Shown: in pieces, positions 45,750 through 56,723 of the stretch | How the letters are laid out: every line of letters starts with the position of its first letter | Position numbering within the stretch: position 1 is the first letter of the stretch | NCBI GenBank assembly: GCA_964570365.1 | Contig: CAZMXT010000004.1 | Coordinates: 2,792-66,791, forward strand | Reading direction: 5' to 3' | Source: an uncultured Pseudomonadales bacterium | GTDB lineage: Bacteria > Patescibacteriota > Microgenomatia > UBA1400 > PJMF01 | DNA: 64,000 nt | Notes under the pieces: model-generated | The model's database searches: none | What the model was told of the DNA's origin: nothing | What the model saw: only the letters and a program-made list of their open reading frames with translations | Made by a program: the position numbers and the translations under genes

Positions 45750-46733
45750 ATGAAACATCGCGTTTTATCGGGAATTCGGGCCACTGGCCGTTTACACCTG
45801 GGAAACTATCTCGGTGCTGTGAAAGGCATGTTAGAGCTCCAAGCCGACCCAGATTATGAAACATTATTTATGGTCGCTGATGCCCACGCTGTCACCACCC
45901 CATTTGAGATTGAGCAACTGCGCAAAAATCGCCGCGAAGTCATTATCGATTATCTTTCGTGCGGTCTGGATCCCGTAAAAAGTGTCATTTTCCAGCAAGC
46001 TGAAGTAAGCCAACACTTTGAGCTAGCATTTTACTTCTCAGCTGTGATGACGATTGCCAAGATGCAGCACTTGCCGACCTTCAAAGACAAGGTGAAGCAG
46101 TACCCTGAACATGCCACCATGGCGTTACTGAACTACCCATTACTGATGGCAGCAGATATTTTGGTTTACAAGGCTGACTCAGTGCCAGTTGGTATTGATC
46201 AAGAACCACACTTAGAAGTGACTCGCGAAGTTGCTCGCCGAATGAACCAAGAGTACGGCACAGATTTTCCAGAACCTAAGCGGTTTGCCACCACAGGCGG
46301 CTATGTGCCATCCTTGGTAGGAGAAGGAAAAATGAGCAAGTCAGTGGAGGGTAGTTTTATTAACTTGACTGATTCACTGGAAGAAATTCAAAAGGCCCTA
46401 TCTACGGCACCGACAGACTCTGGAAAAGGTGCAACAGTTCCGACAGAAGGTGGTGTGGCAAACTTGCTCAAGTTTGTTGAGCTCTTCCAAGGTATGGAAC
46501 GTCGCCAAGCCTATGAGCAGCTGTATCAAGGAGATGGCATTCGGTATAAGCAGCTCAAAGATGAGTTAGCTGCTGCAATTTTTGCTGTACTCGAGCCTAT
46601 CCAGAAGCAGCGGGCAGAGCTTGAAGCTAAGCCGGGGTACGTAGATCAGGTTATCAAAGACGGAGCAGAAAAGGCCAGAGCAATTGCCAAGCAAACAGTC
46701 GATGAAGTGAGACAGAAGATGGGGCTGAAGTAG
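45750..46733 (+). CDS. trpS: tryptophanyl-tRNA synthetase
   Basis: Class I HIGH-like (TGRLHLGNYLGA) and KMSKS motifs. 327 aa. Confidence 0.92.
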   Translation: MKHRVLSGIRATGRLHLGNYLGAVKGMLELQADPDYETLFMVADAHAVTTPFEIEQLRKNRREVIIDYLSCGLDPVKSVIFQQAEVSQHFELAFYFSAVMTIAKMQHLPTFKDKVKQYPEHATMALLNYPLLMAADILVYKADSVPVGIDQEPHLEVTREVARRMNQEYGTDFPEPKRFATTGGYVPSLVGEGKMSKSVEGSFINLTDSLEEIQKALSTAPTDSGKGATVPTEGGVANLLKFVELFQGMERRQAYEQLYQGDGIRYKQLKDELAAAIFAVLEPIQKQRAELEAKPGYVDQVIKDGAEKARAIAKQTVDEVRQKMGLK

Positions 46734-46938
46734 TTACCCCTCTTTAATATCTACTAAGGTACTGTGAATCTTAAACATTAAGAGGATGACCTCGGCGTAG
46801 ACACGCACTGCAATCGGTCCCAAGATAATCATTAAAATTCCACCTACTGGCTCACCACTATGTTGTTGAGGCAAGGCACAGTACCTTGGATTCCAAGGAC
46901 CTTCAGCTAATTTTAAGGTCGCACCGTATAATACACGT

Positions 46939-47286
46939 ATGAAACCAACCATTGAGTACAGTGATTTTGACAAAATTGAGTTCCGAGTCGGACAGATTAT
47001 TGAGGCCAGTGCCCCTGAATGGAGTCGCAAGCTGCTGGAATTCAGAGTTGACTTTGGATCTGAGTTTGGAGTAAAAACCATCTTGTCAGGTGTTCGCCAG
47101 TGGTACCAACCTGAAGATTTTTTAAATAAAAAGTTTCCCTTCATCATTAACTTGGCGGAGCGAAAAATGGGCGAGGGTGTTAGTCAGGGCATGATGTTTA
47201 TGGCTGACGCAGAAATAAACGGTGAGCTGCGCCCAGTCTCTCTTCCACTCTCAGTGGAGCTACCCGTTGGTTCTCAACTCCGCTAA
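46939..47286 (+). CDS. csaA: tRNA-binding domain protein (CsaA/Trbp111/EMAP-like)
   Basis: 115-aa OB-fold tRNA-binding signature (FRVGQIIEA...KLLEFRVDFG...ILSGV). Confidence 0.7.
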   Translation: MKPTIEYSDFDKIEFRVGQIIEASAPEWSRKLLEFRVDFGSEFGVKTILSGVRQWYQPEDFLNKKFPFIINLAERKMGEGVSQGMMFMADAEINGELRPVSLPLSVELPVGSQLR

Positions 47287-47326
47287 GAAAGTGATACACT
47301 ACGGGACCTAGTAGCCGAGGATTTAT

Positions 47327-49261
47327 ATGGATACACAGTTTAAGACTACTCAACGCAAAGACTCACCTAAGTCGAGTGAAAAAAACAGCGACCTGCCCCC
47401 AAATCAACCCATCAAAAAGATGGAGTTTCGTTTTGATTTGAGCCAATTATTTGGTCGCAGTTTACTTTTCCTTTTACTTGGACTGCTTTTCTTACCCTTC
47501 CTCTATTCTTTAATGACTGGAAATCCAGAGAATAATATTGGCATTTCCCAGCTGATTACTGATGTCCGCGAGAAGAAGATCGAGCGCTTAGAAGTCGCGG
47601 GTAGTGAGGTCAAAGCTCGGTACAAAGACTCCACATTGAAAGTGGCGCGCAAAGAAGATGGTCAGGCATTGACTCAGGTATTGGATCAAGCTGGGATTGA
47701 CTTGGCTGAAGCGAATGTGGAAGTGAAGAATCTTACCCCTCAGGATATTGCCATTCAGCTAGTGCTCAATATCTTGCCAATTGTGGTGATGGCAGTAATT
47801 TTTCTCTTTTTATTTCGCCAGGCTCGTGGTGCTCAAGATGGGATAATGGGTATCGGCCGGAGTAAGGCCAAGTTATTTATCAAGGGGAAACAAGACACCA
47901 AGTTCTCTGATGTCGGTGGCATGGATGAGGCCAAGCAGGAGCTGGAAGAAATTGTCGACTTTTTAAAGAATCCAAAAAAGTATAAGAAAGTGGGCGCCCG
48001 GACTCCCAAGGGTGTGCTGCTGGTAGGTCCTTCTGGAACTGGTAAGACGTTACTGGCTCGGGCAGTGGCAGGTGAGGCCAATGTCCAGTTTCTTTCTATG
48101 GCAGGCTCGGAGTTTATGGAGATGCTGGTCGGTGTCGGTGCTTCTCGTGTACGTGATCTTTTTCAAACTGCCAAGAAGTTTGCACCTTCAATCATTTTTA
48201 TTGATGAAATTGACGCAATTGGCCGAGTTCGGGGTCATGGCAGCATGGGTGGACATGACGAGCGAGAGCAAACTCTCAACCAAATTCTCGTGGAGATGGA
48301 CGGCTTTACCCAAAACGATAACGTGATCGTGATGGCAGCCACTAACCGTGGTGACATGCTTGATCCAGCTTTAGTCCGACCTGGTCGCTTTGACCGGAGA
48401 GTGCAAGTAAGCTTACCAGACCTGGCGGAGCGCAAATATATTCTGAGCATTCATGCTCGGGGTAAAGTGTTTGCCAAAGACGTCAACTGGGATCGAGTAT
48501 CGAAGCGCACAGTTGGTTTTTCTGGTGCGGATCTGGAGAATATGTTGAATGAGTCGGCAATTGGGATTGCTAGGGACAATAGAGAAGAAATCACCATGGC
48601 AGACATTGAAGAGGCGTCCCTGAAAGTCAAGTTGGGACCCAGCAAGAAGCGGATGCATGACGAAGAAGAGCGCGCTATGACTGCTTACCACGAGGCGGGC
48701 CACGCGGTGATTGCTCACTTTTCTAAGCACTCAGATCCAGTTCATCGCATCTCGATTGTTTCCCGCGGTATGGCACTGGGCTTTACTTTGACCCCACCAG
48801 AGCGAGATAAGGTGCAAGTGACGCGATCCGAGTTAATTGACCAAATTGCCGTACTCCTGGGTGGTCGTGCTGCCGAGCAACTGGTTTTTAATGAATTAAC
48901 CGCTGGTGCTAGCTCCGACATTGAGCGCGCAACGCACATTGCCCGAGCCATGGTGGTGAGTTATGGTATGAGTAAACTCGGAGCGATGAACTTTGGTCCA
49001 GAGTATGACGTTATGAACTACATGAAAGCAGCCGGCGAAGCAGCCACCATCTCTGATCGTCTTCAAGAGAAAGTAGATCAGGAAATTGGGAACATGATTA
49101 CCGAAGGCGAGAAAAAGGCCATGGAAATGATCACCAAGTATCGTAAACAACTGGATCTGGTCTCAAAGCGACTCTTAGAGACAGAAACAATTGATGCTGA
49201 TGAATTCGTGAAGTTAATGGGATCACCAAAAGCAACTAAAACTGCTCATCGTGCCGAGTAA
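47327..49261 (+). CDS. ftsH: ATP-dependent zinc metalloprotease FtsH
   Basis: Two N-terminal TM helices. AAA+ Walker A (GPSGTGKT), second region of homology, and HEAGHA zinc-binding motif. Confidence 0.95.
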   Translation: MDTQFKTTQRKDSPKSSEKNSDLPPNQPIKKMEFRFDLSQLFGRSLLFLLLGLLFLPFLYSLMTGNPENNIGISQLITDVREKKIERLEVAGSEVKARYKDSTLKVARKEDGQALTQVLDQAGIDLAEANVEVKNLTPQDIAIQLVLNILPIVVMAVIFLFLFRQARGAQDGIMGIGRSKAKLFIKGKQDTKFSDVGGMDEAKQELEEIVDFLKNPKKYKKVGARTPKGVLLVGPSGTGKTLLARAVAGEANVQFLSMAGSEFMEMLVGVGASRVRDLFQTAKKFAPSIIFIDEIDAIGRVRGHGSMGGHDEREQTLNQILVEMDGFTQNDNVIVMAATNRGDMLDPALVRPGRFDRRVQVSLPDLAERKYILSIHARGKVFAKDVNWDRVSKRTVGFSGADLENMLNESAIGIARDNREEITMADIEEASLKVKLGPSKKRMHDEEERAMTAYHEAGHAVIAHFSKHSDPVHRISIVSRGMALGFTLTPPERDKVQVTRSELIDQIAVLLGGRAAEQLVFNELTAGASSDIERATHIARAMVVSYGMSKLGAMNFGPEYDVMNYMKAAGEAATISDRLQEKVDQEIGNMITEGEKKAMEMITKYRKQLDLVSKRLLETETIDADEFVKLMGSPKATKTAHRAE

Positions 49262-50276
49262 AAAAAAACTTGTTACCTCTCCATTACAGTCCCCAGCGGC
49301 TACTATCTCTGTGCCCAGTGAAAAGGGTCAAAAATTTGTCATTATTGATGGTCACGCCTTAATTTATCGCGCGTATCACGCCTTCCATGACCTTTCGACG
49401 CCAGAGGGTTTACTGGTGAATGCAGTCTATGGTTTTTCGCGCATTTTGCTCACAGTCATTCGGGATCTAGAGCCGACGTATATTGCGGTGGCTTTTGACT
49501 GTGCCGAGCCCACCTTCAGACACATAGATTATCTGGGCTATAAAGCCAACCGAGCCGAGATGCCCGAGGACATGAAGCCGCAGATCGACATCATTAAAGA
49601 AATTGTGACGGCGTTCAACATTCCACAGTTTGCCTTACCTGGGTATGAGGCTGATGACATCATTGGCACCATGGTGACTCAGCTCAAGCCGGTTTCCCGC
49701 ACTCACGACCTAACCACTATTATTGTGACTGGCGACCGCGATGCTTTCCAGTTGGTTGATGAGTATGTGCATGTCTGGATGCCAGGTCGCTCCAAGCCAA
49801 TTAGAACTCCTGACATGGAGTATGAGGCTGAAGGTGTGGTCAAGAAGATGGGAGTGACTCCAGGGCAAATCATCGACCTCAAGGCTCTGATGGGCGATGC
49901 CTCAGACAATATTCCTGGCGTAGCTGGAGTGGGTGCCAAGACCGCCGTTAAGCTGATTCAAGAGTTTGGCAGTCTGGAGAAAATATACCAAACCATTCAA
50001 GAACAGAACCTGACTTTTGAAGCTTCCAAACATCCTACCCTGCGGGCCGGCCTCTTAAAAAAACTGGCAATCGGTCACCAAGACGCAGTCATGAGTCAAA
50101 AATTGGCTACCATTGAGTCTGACGTTCCGATTACACTAGAGTTAGAAAAGTGCCGGCTGTCGGGATATAAAAAAGATGACGTGATTAAGATTTTTGAACG
50201 ACTGAGCTTTACATCTTTAATGAGATTATTGCCTGCCGATGCGTTTGAGTTAGAAGTGCAAACAGCCTTATTTTAA
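49251..50276 (+). CDS. standalone 5'-3' exonuclease (DNA polymerase I N-terminal/FEN-like domain only)
   Basis: VIIDGHALIYRAYHAF and an H3TH region (GDASDNIPGVAGVGAKTA). At 341 aa, no polymerase domain follows. Confidence 0.8.
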   Translation: MPSKKKLVTSPLQSPAATISVPSEKGQKFVIIDGHALIYRAYHAFHDLSTPEGLLVNAVYGFSRILLTVIRDLEPTYIAVAFDCAEPTFRHIDYLGYKANRAEMPEDMKPQIDIIKEIVTAFNIPQFALPGYEADDIIGTMVTQLKPVSRTHDLTTIIVTGDRDAFQLVDEYVHVWMPGRSKPIRTPDMEYEAEGVVKKMGVTPGQIIDLKALMGDASDNIPGVAGVGAKTAVKLIQEFGSLEKIYQTIQEQNLTFEASKHPTLRAGLLKKLAIGHQDAVMSQKLATIESDVPITLELEKCRLSGYKKDDVIKIFERLSFTSLMRLLPADAFELEVQTALF

Positions 50277-50287
50277 CTGGACATCAT

Positions 50288-51505
50288 ATGAGTTCTGTTT
50301 CATCGGCCAAAAAACTTCGGGTAGCGTTAGTTCATGATTTTCTGCGCGAGTATGGAGGAGCTGAGAGGGTAGTCGAAGCGCTGCACGAACTCTTTCCAGA
50401 CGCCCCTTTATATACTGCTTTTACAGATCGCTCAGCCATGGGCATTCACTGGCAGAAATTTGCTGATTGGGATATTCGCCAAAGCTGGATGTCGAAGATT
50501 CCGTTTCACCGTCGCTTTTTTTCTCCGCTGCGAATTATTGCTGCTGCCTGCTTTCGCTCCTTCGATTTCAGCAACTATGACGTGGTGATTTCCTCATCCA
50601 ATGCCTACTTTGCTAAGGCAGTCCAAGTTCCTCATCCAGCCATTCATATCTGTTACTGTCACACCCCACCCAGGTCTTTATATGGGTACTCGACCATGAC
50701 TGATTGGCAGAAAAATCCAGTTATTCATGTCGCGGGAACTTTGATTAATCATGTTTGCCGAGTGATTGACGTTCGTGCAGCCCAAAAAGTAGACTACTTC
50801 CTAGCCAACTCTGCAGAGGTGCAGGGCAGGATCCAGAAGTTTTATCGACGGGACTCTACCATTATTTTTCCTCCCGTAAATCTTTCTAGTGAGCCAGTCT
50901 CTGACCAGAAAGTTCACTCTAAAAAGCCCTATTATTTGTACGTAAACCGTTTAGCTTTTTCTAAGCACCCTGAGTTAGCTGTAGCTGCCTGCACCCAGCT
51001 CGGTCGCACGCTAAAAGTTGTAGGCACAGGAAAGATGGAAACTCGTCTGCGCCAAGTTGCGGGACCCACGATTGAGTTTGTGGGCGCAGTCAAAGACGAG
51101 TACTTGGCTGAACTATATCAGGGAGCTGAGGCGCTCTTATACCCAGTTGAAGACGAAGACTTTGGTATTGTGCCAGTGGAGGCTATGGGACACGGCGTGC
51201 CAGTGATTGCCCATCGGTCTGGGGGGCCACAAGAGACGATTATCGGCGTAGATGCCAAGCACAAGAATATGGCAGCCACAGGTCTATTCTTTGATGACTT
51301 AAGTACTCAGGGCGTGATCGATGCGATCCAAGAGTTTGAAGCACTCCAAAAAGAAGCTAAAACTCGCTTTGACCGGCAAAAGATTCACCTCCACGCGCAA
51401 AGCTTCAGCAAAACAAGGTTTCAAAAAGAAATAAAGCAGTTTATGGAAAAGAGTCTTCACGCTAGTATTACTTCTTCCGTACTTCCACAAAAGCCACGTT
51501 ATTAG
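50288..51505 (+). CDS. GT4-family glycosyltransferase (GT-B fold)
   Basis: EDFGIVPVEAMGHGVPVIA (E-x7-E) motif of retaining GT4 enzymes. Confidence 0.8.
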   Translation: MSSVSSAKKLRVALVHDFLREYGGAERVVEALHELFPDAPLYTAFTDRSAMGIHWQKFADWDIRQSWMSKIPFHRRFFSPLRIIAAACFRSFDFSNYDVVISSSNAYFAKAVQVPHPAIHICYCHTPPRSLYGYSTMTDWQKNPVIHVAGTLINHVCRVIDVRAAQKVDYFLANSAEVQGRIQKFYRRDSTIIFPPVNLSSEPVSDQKVHSKKPYYLYVNRLAFSKHPELAVAACTQLGRTLKVVGTGKMETRLRQVAGPTIEFVGAVKDEYLAELYQGAEALLYPVEDEDFGIVPVEAMGHGVPVIAHRSGGPQETIIGVDAKHKNMAATGLFFDDLSTQGVIDAIQEFEALQKEAKTRFDRQKIHLHAQSFSKTRFQKEIKQFMEKSLHASITSSVLPQKPRY

Positions 51506-52889
51506 CGCTCATCAGGACTTGAAGTTGGAGTGTCGTACCCTCTGCTGTTACGTTCTCAGTTTGTTTCCGTCCCCCGAGGAACTCTTTGGTCACGGTGTAC
51601 TCACCTGGTTCCACATTTTGAAAAGTAATGGGCACGTTCTCGGAGTTGCGCCCAGCTGGGTCAAAGTTGGCGAGTACCACCTGGGTGGCTCCATCATCTC
51701 CTCTGGCGGCCGTGGCTTTGACAAAACTGCCCTTGCCCAATAATTGAAGTCGTTGAGTTCCAATTCGGTTGAGCATGCGCAGTGCTTGGTATCTTGGCTT
51801 GGGTTTGCTGCCAAAGTCTTGGTGCGTAAACATGCCCCAGCGACCCCATTTTTCTTGCCCAGCCGGGTCTTTGCCATCTTGAATCTCAAACACAAACGCG
51901 CGATCGACGATATTCATCATCTCAATCGCTCCGGCCACCGTATGCGCCGCCCCAAAGTTTGTATCATAGCCAGGGTGCACATCACTCTCATGGCCCCACT
52001 CCGTAATATGTAGTTCTAGGGAAGCTTCCAGCTGAGGGTAGTTCTGCAGCCAGCTTCTTACCTCAAACATATCTTTTTTATATTGATCGAGGTCCATGCT
52101 GTACCGATGCCAAGAGAAAAAGTCCAGCCGTAAGTTATTTTTTGTAGCGTGTTTAGCGAGCGCATCAAACCAATTGCGGTATAGCGCTGTAATTGCTGGC
52201 CCACCAATCTTAAATGACGAGACACCGCGAGCATTTTGAGCCCCCCGAGCTGCATACTCATATAAAGTAATGTAGTTTTTCTCGCCATAGTACTTCCAGC
52301 CGCCAAATAAGTCGGGTTCATTCCAGACTTCATAGTACACATCTGCAGTACGCCGAGTGCCACTGATGTGCTCAATGGTTTTCTGGACAGTTAGCTGCCA
52401 ATCTTCCCAACGGACTGGCGTGGCAATAATGTCTCCACTCGATATAGCGGGTGGCATGTAACTCAATGCAATGTACGGTTTCGCACCCACCTTTTTAATA
52501 TCATCCAAGATCACGTCGAGCTTAGAAAAATTAAAAGTGAGATTCCCCGGTGTACCCTGGACAATTTCATAAAAGTCATAGATATGATCAATTCGGATGT
52601 ACTCTGGCTGCAGCGCTCTCACCTGACCAGAAATTGGTTCCAGACGCCAGTCATGAGCTTCACCACCCTGAGCGAGGTGTCGCCACGGCCGCGGAACTGG
52701 ACCTAGTACCGCTCGGGTATCGATCATAATATTGGCTGGTTCACCACTGGCGCGACTAAAAAACTCCCTTACCACTTGGATTTGTGAAAGGCCAAAGACA
52801 GTAGCTAGCATGAGCAAAATAAATGGCAGCACACTCAGCGCCAATTTTAGTCGCTGAGTCCGGTAAACACTGCGGTACGAGCTGTGCAT
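51468..52889 (-). CDS. clan GH-A glycoside hydrolase (GH5/GH39-like), membrane-anchored/secreted
   Basis: N-terminal signal anchor. Acid/base VWNEPD and nucleophile-like LHITEWG motifs. Confidence 0.65.
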   Translation of the reverse strand: MHSSYRSVYRTQRLKLALSVLPFILLMLATVFGLSQIQVVREFFSRASGEPANIMIDTRAVLGPVPRPWRHLAQGGEAHDWRLEPISGQVRALQPEYIRIDHIYDFYEIVQGTPGNLTFNFSKLDVILDDIKKVGAKPYIALSYMPPAISSGDIIATPVRWEDWQLTVQKTIEHISGTRRTADVYYEVWNEPDLFGGWKYYGEKNYITLYEYAARGAQNARGVSSFKIGGPAITALYRNWFDALAKHATKNNLRLDFFSWHRYSMDLDQYKKDMFEVRSWLQNYPQLEASLELHITEWGHESDVHPGYDTNFGAAHTVAGAIEMMNIVDRAFVFEIQDGKDPAGQEKWGRWGMFTHQDFGSKPKPRYQALRMLNRIGTQRLQLLGKGSFVKATAARGDDGATQVVLANFDPAGRNSENVPITFQNVEPGEYTVTKEFLGGRKQTENVTAEGTTLQLQVLMSANNVAFVEVRKK

Positions 52890-52971
52890 GACTTAACCCT
52901 AACATACTACGCCTTGAGTAGACAATGGGTGGTAAAATATCAAACCACTTTGTTTTAGAGGAGGTTCTGAG

Positions 52972-53406
52972 ATGTATGAATTTGAGCCGTTTAATGATTT
53001 TGCAGAATTTACGAATCATGCGAATGCCTTACTAAAATATAGTCGAGATAGGGGGGTTGCGTTTCGTCGCCTACATGATAAAGCTGATATTGAGCAGCAT
53101 TTTATTAACTTAGCCCAAGCACTTTATCCAGAGAAGAAAAAACCGACATATGTTGCTCGAGCCCTTTTAAGGAGGTTAATTAAGATGGGGGTTATTACTG
53201 AGGGTGTAATAGAGCGAGAGAATGTGAAACGGGTAATACAAAGCTCAACTGAGCTTGAGGTGCGATCACAGATTAGTGAATCACGTGCGGGACGGCTCAT
53301 GCCGGTTGAAACTTTCTTAGTTATTCAATATGCGCTCTTGACGTATCTGATCCATCTGAAGTTGCAGGAGCAAGCCAGTCTTGACACGTTAGCAGTTAAT
53401 GGGTAA
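52972..53406 (+). CDS. hypothetical protein
   Basis: 144-aa ORF. Its 3' end overlaps the hrcA promoter/CIRCE element. Confidence 0.35.
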   Translation: MYEFEPFNDFAEFTNHANALLKYSRDRGVAFRRLHDKADIEQHFINLAQALYPEKKKPTYVARALLRRLIKMGVITEGVIERENVKRVIQSSTELEVRSQISESRAGRLMPVETFLVIQYALLTYLIHLKLQEQASLDTLAVNG

Positions 53407-53415
53407 CATTGCTAA
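53381..53415 (+). promoter_or_regulatory. hrcA-grpE-dnaK-dnaJ promoter (-35 TTGACA at 53381-53386, -10 TAACAT at 53404-53409) with overlapping CIRCE-like operator
   Basis: TTAGCAGTT-N9-CATTGCTAA at 53389-53415, against the CIRCE consensus TTAGCACTC-N9-GAGTGCTAA (7/9 + 7/9 matches). Confidence 0.55.
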
Positions 53416-53417
53416 TT

Positions 53418-54146
53418 ATGATAGATCTTACCCCCAGACAAATCCAAATCTTGCGGGCTATTATTGAAGAATTCATTCAAACTGCTGAACCAGTTGGCTC
53501 AGAAACAATTGACCGTAAGTTTAACCTGGGAGTTTCGCCAGCCACGATTCGTAACGAGATGGTCTACTTGACCAAGCAAGGATACTTGCAGAAAACCCAC
53601 AGTAGCGCTGGTCGAGCGCCAACCTCAATTGCGATGAAGCTCTATGTCAATGAGCTGATGAAGGAGAAAGAGCTGTCAGTCGCTGACGAGGTCTCGGCAA
53701 AAGAGAAAATTTGGGACTGTCGTCGGGAAGTGGATGGCTTGTTAAAACAAGTCACGATGGCCTTGGCGGAGCGTTCGCAGGCAATTGGAATTACTTTAAC
53801 CAGCCAACCAAAACTCTACTCAGCCGGCTACTCCAACTTGCTCCAGATGCCAGAGTTTTACGACATCCAAGTTATGCGGAATGTCTTGGCCTTAATCGAG
53901 GAAGTCCAGTTACTCGAAGAAATTTTTGCCTATGGCGCCAATGAAAGCATTATCCACGTTGTCTATGGCTCAGAACTTGGTAATAAATACCTAGATCCAG
54001 TTGGTGTCATGTTTATGACATTTTCAATTGGTGAAATAGACTGCAAGATGGGCGTGATCGGTTCACAGCGCTTCAACTACTCGTATATTATTCCGATGAT
54101 GAAGTACTATCGGGGATTGATTCAGGAGATGGCACAGCCAGAGTAA
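53418..54146 (+). CDS. hrcA: heat-inducible transcription repressor HrcA
   Basis: N-terminal winged HTH (LTPRQIQILRAIIEEFIQTAEPVGSETI). ATG at 53418 is preferred over the tool's TTG at 53409. Confidence 0.85.
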   Translation: MIDLTPRQIQILRAIIEEFIQTAEPVGSETIDRKFNLGVSPATIRNEMVYLTKQGYLQKTHSSAGRAPTSIAMKLYVNELMKEKELSVADEVSAKEKIWDCRREVDGLLKQVTMALAERSQAIGITLTSQPKLYSAGYSNLLQMPEFYDIQVMRNVLALIEEVQLLEEIFAYGANESIIHVVYGSELGNKYLDPVGVMFMTFSIGEIDCKMGVIGSQRFNYSYIIPMMKYYRGLIQEMAQPE

Positions 54147-54148
54147 AG

Positions 54149-54655
54149 ATGAGTAAAATTACACCTAAAAATGACGAACTGGAGAAGCTGGAAAAAGAGC
54201 TGGAAGAAGCGCGAGCTGCGGAGCAGCGAGCAAAGGATGGTGAGCTGCGCGCTCTGGCTGACTACCATAACTTGAGTCGGCGGACTCAGGATGATCGAAG
54301 CAAGATGGTCAAGTTTGCTGGACGTGATATTATCGAGAACTTGTTCCAGCCACTGGAGCATTTGTATCTGGCCACCGAACAGCTCAAAAATCCTGGCCTG
54401 ACAATGGTCTACCAGCAGTTTCAAAAAGTGTTGCAGGATGAAGGAGTGAGTGAGATCACTGCGTTAGACCAGCCCTTTGATGCAGCTACCATGGAAGTGC
54501 TGGATAAAGCGGTAACTGAGGATCCAAAACAAGTGGATAAAGTAATCAAGGTTGCGCAACGAGGGTACTTGCTTCATGGCGAAGTCATCAGATTTTCTAA
54601 AGTAGTACTCGGGATAGCTGCTGACGAGGAAGAGCAAAAAACAAACATAAAGTAA
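54149..54655 (+). CDS. grpE: nucleotide exchange factor GrpE
   Basis: A coiled-coil N-terminus and a conserved GrpE core ([15 protein letters not shown]...). Confidence 0.9.
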   Translation: MSKITPKNDELEKLEKELEEARAAEQRAKDGELRALADYHNLSRRTQDDRSKMVKFAGRDIIENLFQPLEHLYLATEQLKNPGLTMVYQQFQKVLQDEGVSEITALDQPFDAATMEVLDKAVTEDPKQVDKVIKVAQRGYLLHGEVIRFSKVVLGIAADEEEQKTNIK

Positions 54656-54674
54656 CTTAATAAATGGAGGATGT

Positions 54675-56663
54675 ATGACAGACACAAATACAAAAACCGC
54701 GACCGGTAAAATTATCGGAATTGACTTAGGGACCACCAACTCGGCAATCGCCGTTATGGAAGGTGGAACACCGAAGATTATCCCAACGACAGAAGGCAGA
54801 AATACTTTTCCCTCAATTGTTTCCTTTAAGGGAGAGGCAGTGACTGTGGGAGACGCAGCCAAGCGACAGATGGTCTTGAATGCCAAAGCGACGATCAACT
54901 CAGTCAAGCGGTTCATGGGCCAGAAATATAAGTCAGAGAAGGTGCTCAATGCCATCAAGCACGTTGGCTATGAAGTGGTAGACGGAAAAGATGGAATGGC
55001 GGTCATTAAGGTCGCTGGTAAAACATACACCCCACAAGAAATCTCGGCCAAAATTCTGAGTAAAGCCAAGGCAGATGCTGAAGCCTATCTGGGCCAGCCA
55101 GTCAGCAGGGCCGTTATTACCGTACCGGCTTACTTTGATGATGCGCAGCGCCAAGCCACCAAGCAGGCGGGTGAGATCGCTGGATTGACAGTAGAGCGAA
55201 TTGTTAACGAGCCTACAGCTGCTGCTTTAGCCTATGGTTTAGATAAAAAAGAGAACTCCACGATCGCTGTCTATGACTTAGGTGGTGGCACATTTGATAT
55301 CTCCGTCTTAGAAATTGGTGGGGGCGTGTTTGAGGTCAAGTCCACCAATGGTGATACCTTCTTAGGTGGTGATGACTTTGATGGCAAGATCATCGAGTGG
55401 ATCATCAGTGAGTTTAAGAAAGAATCTGGCAAAGACCTGTCTAAGGATCCTCAGGCGTTGCAAAGAATTAAAGATGCTGCTGAAAAAGCCAAAATTGAGC
55501 TTTCTTCTGCGCAGCAAACCGAGATCAACCAACCATTCATTACTCAAGGTGAGGATGGTCAAGCGTTGCACTTAACGATGAGCCTAACCCGGGCCAAACT
55601 CGAGGAGTTGGTAGATAGCTTGATCCAACGTTCCTTTGAGCCAGTGCGTAAAGCACTCGCTGATGCGGGTTTGAAGCCGGCAGACATTCACGAAGTGATC
55701 TTGGTCGGTGGTCAGACTCGGATGCCAAAAGTCCAAGAAGAAGTCAAGAAATACTTTGGCAAGGAACCTCATAAAGGTGTCAACCCAGACGAAGTGGTGG
55801 CGGTAGGAGCGGCCGTTCAAGCCGGTGTAATTGGCGGAGACGTCAAAGACGTTGTGCTTTTAGATGTTACCCCACTGACTTTAGGATTGGAAACCTTGGG
55901 CGGAGTGCGTACACCATTAATTGAGCGCAACACCACCGTTCCCACCAGCAAATCTCAAGTCTTTTCTACTGCGGCAGACAACCAAACCCAAGTGGAGATC
56001 AATGTGCTCCAAGGTGAGCGCGAGATGGCTATAGATAATAAGTCTCTGGGGCGATTTATTTTGGACGGTATTCCACCAGCAATGCGCGGTATGCCTCAAG
56101 TAGAAGTGACGTTTGACATTGACTCAAATGGCATTTTACACGTGACTGCCAAGGATAAAACTAGTGGGAAAGAACAGAAGATCACCATTCAGAACTCAAC
56201 CAATCTCTCTGATGAGGAAGTCGAGAAAATGAAAGCTGATGCTGAAAAATACGCTGAAGAAGATAAGAAAAAACGCGAGACAGTGGAGGCACGAAATCAC
56301 GCCCAAGGCGTCGTCTTTGAGCTGGAAAAGCAACTCAAGGATTATGGCAGCAAGGTAGAGGAAAAGGATCGTCAGACCATCGAAGAGAACGTCAAGAAGC
56401 TCAAAGAATTGGTCGAGAAGACTGATGCTACCAAAGAAGAGCTAGATAAAGCTAGCGAGGAAACCTTGACTTCAGCCCAAAAACTTGGCGAAGCGATGAT
56501 GAAAGAGCAACAAGCCAAGGGAGCCCAGCCTGGTGCCGGTCCCGAAGCCAGTGGTGAAGCCCCGGCAACCGATGCCGAGCCTGCTTCTGAAGCAGACAAA
56601 GCCAAGGAAGAGAAGAAGAAAGAGAAGGGCTCAGCTGAAGAAGGCGAAGTGGTGAAGGAGTAA
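54675..56663 (+). CDS. dnaK: molecular chaperone DnaK (Hsp70)
   Basis: [18 protein letters not shown] and [11 protein letters not shown] Hsp70 signatures. 662 aa. Confidence 0.97.
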   Translation: MTDTNTKTATGKIIGIDLGTTNSAIAVMEGGTPKIIPTTEGRNTFPSIVSFKGEAVTVGDAAKRQMVLNAKATINSVKRFMGQKYKSEKVLNAIKHVGYEVVDGKDGMAVIKVAGKTYTPQEISAKILSKAKADAEAYLGQPVSRAVITVPAYFDDAQRQATKQAGEIAGLTVERIVNEPTAAALAYGLDKKENSTIAVYDLGGGTFDISVLEIGGGVFEVKSTNGDTFLGGDDFDGKIIEWIISEFKKESGKDLSKDPQALQRIKDAAEKAKIELSSAQQTEINQPFITQGEDGQALHLTMSLTRAKLEELVDSLIQRSFEPVRKALADAGLKPADIHEVILVGGQTRMPKVQEEVKKYFGKEPHKGVNPDEVVAVGAAVQAGVIGGDVKDVVLLDVTPLTLGLETLGGVRTPLIERNTTVPTSKSQVFSTAADNQTQVEINVLQGEREMAIDNKSLGRFILDGIPPAMRGMPQVEVTFDIDSNGILHVTAKDKTSGKEQKITIQNSTNLSDEEVEKMKADAEKYAEEDKKKRETVEARNHAQGVVFELEKQLKDYGSKVEEKDRQTIEENVKKLKELVEKTDATKEELDKASEETLTSAQKLGEAMMKEQQAKGAQPGAGPEASGEAPATDAEPASEADKAKEEKKKEKGSAEEGEVVKE

Positions 56664-56723
56664 AAAGAATATTCAATCTAGAAGGCGAGGGCAATTGCTC
56701 TCGCCTTTTGTTAAGTAGAAATT

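Noticed and set aside
46734-47147. 137-aa minus-strand ORF between trpS and csaA
   Set aside because: It overlaps the conserved CsaA-like tRNA-binding ORF on the plus strand for about 210 nt and has no features beyond a hydrophobic tail.
55362-56694. Multiple 60-80 aa antisense ORFs within dnaK and the dnaK-dnaJ junction
   Set aside because: Shadow ORFs inside a universally conserved gene.
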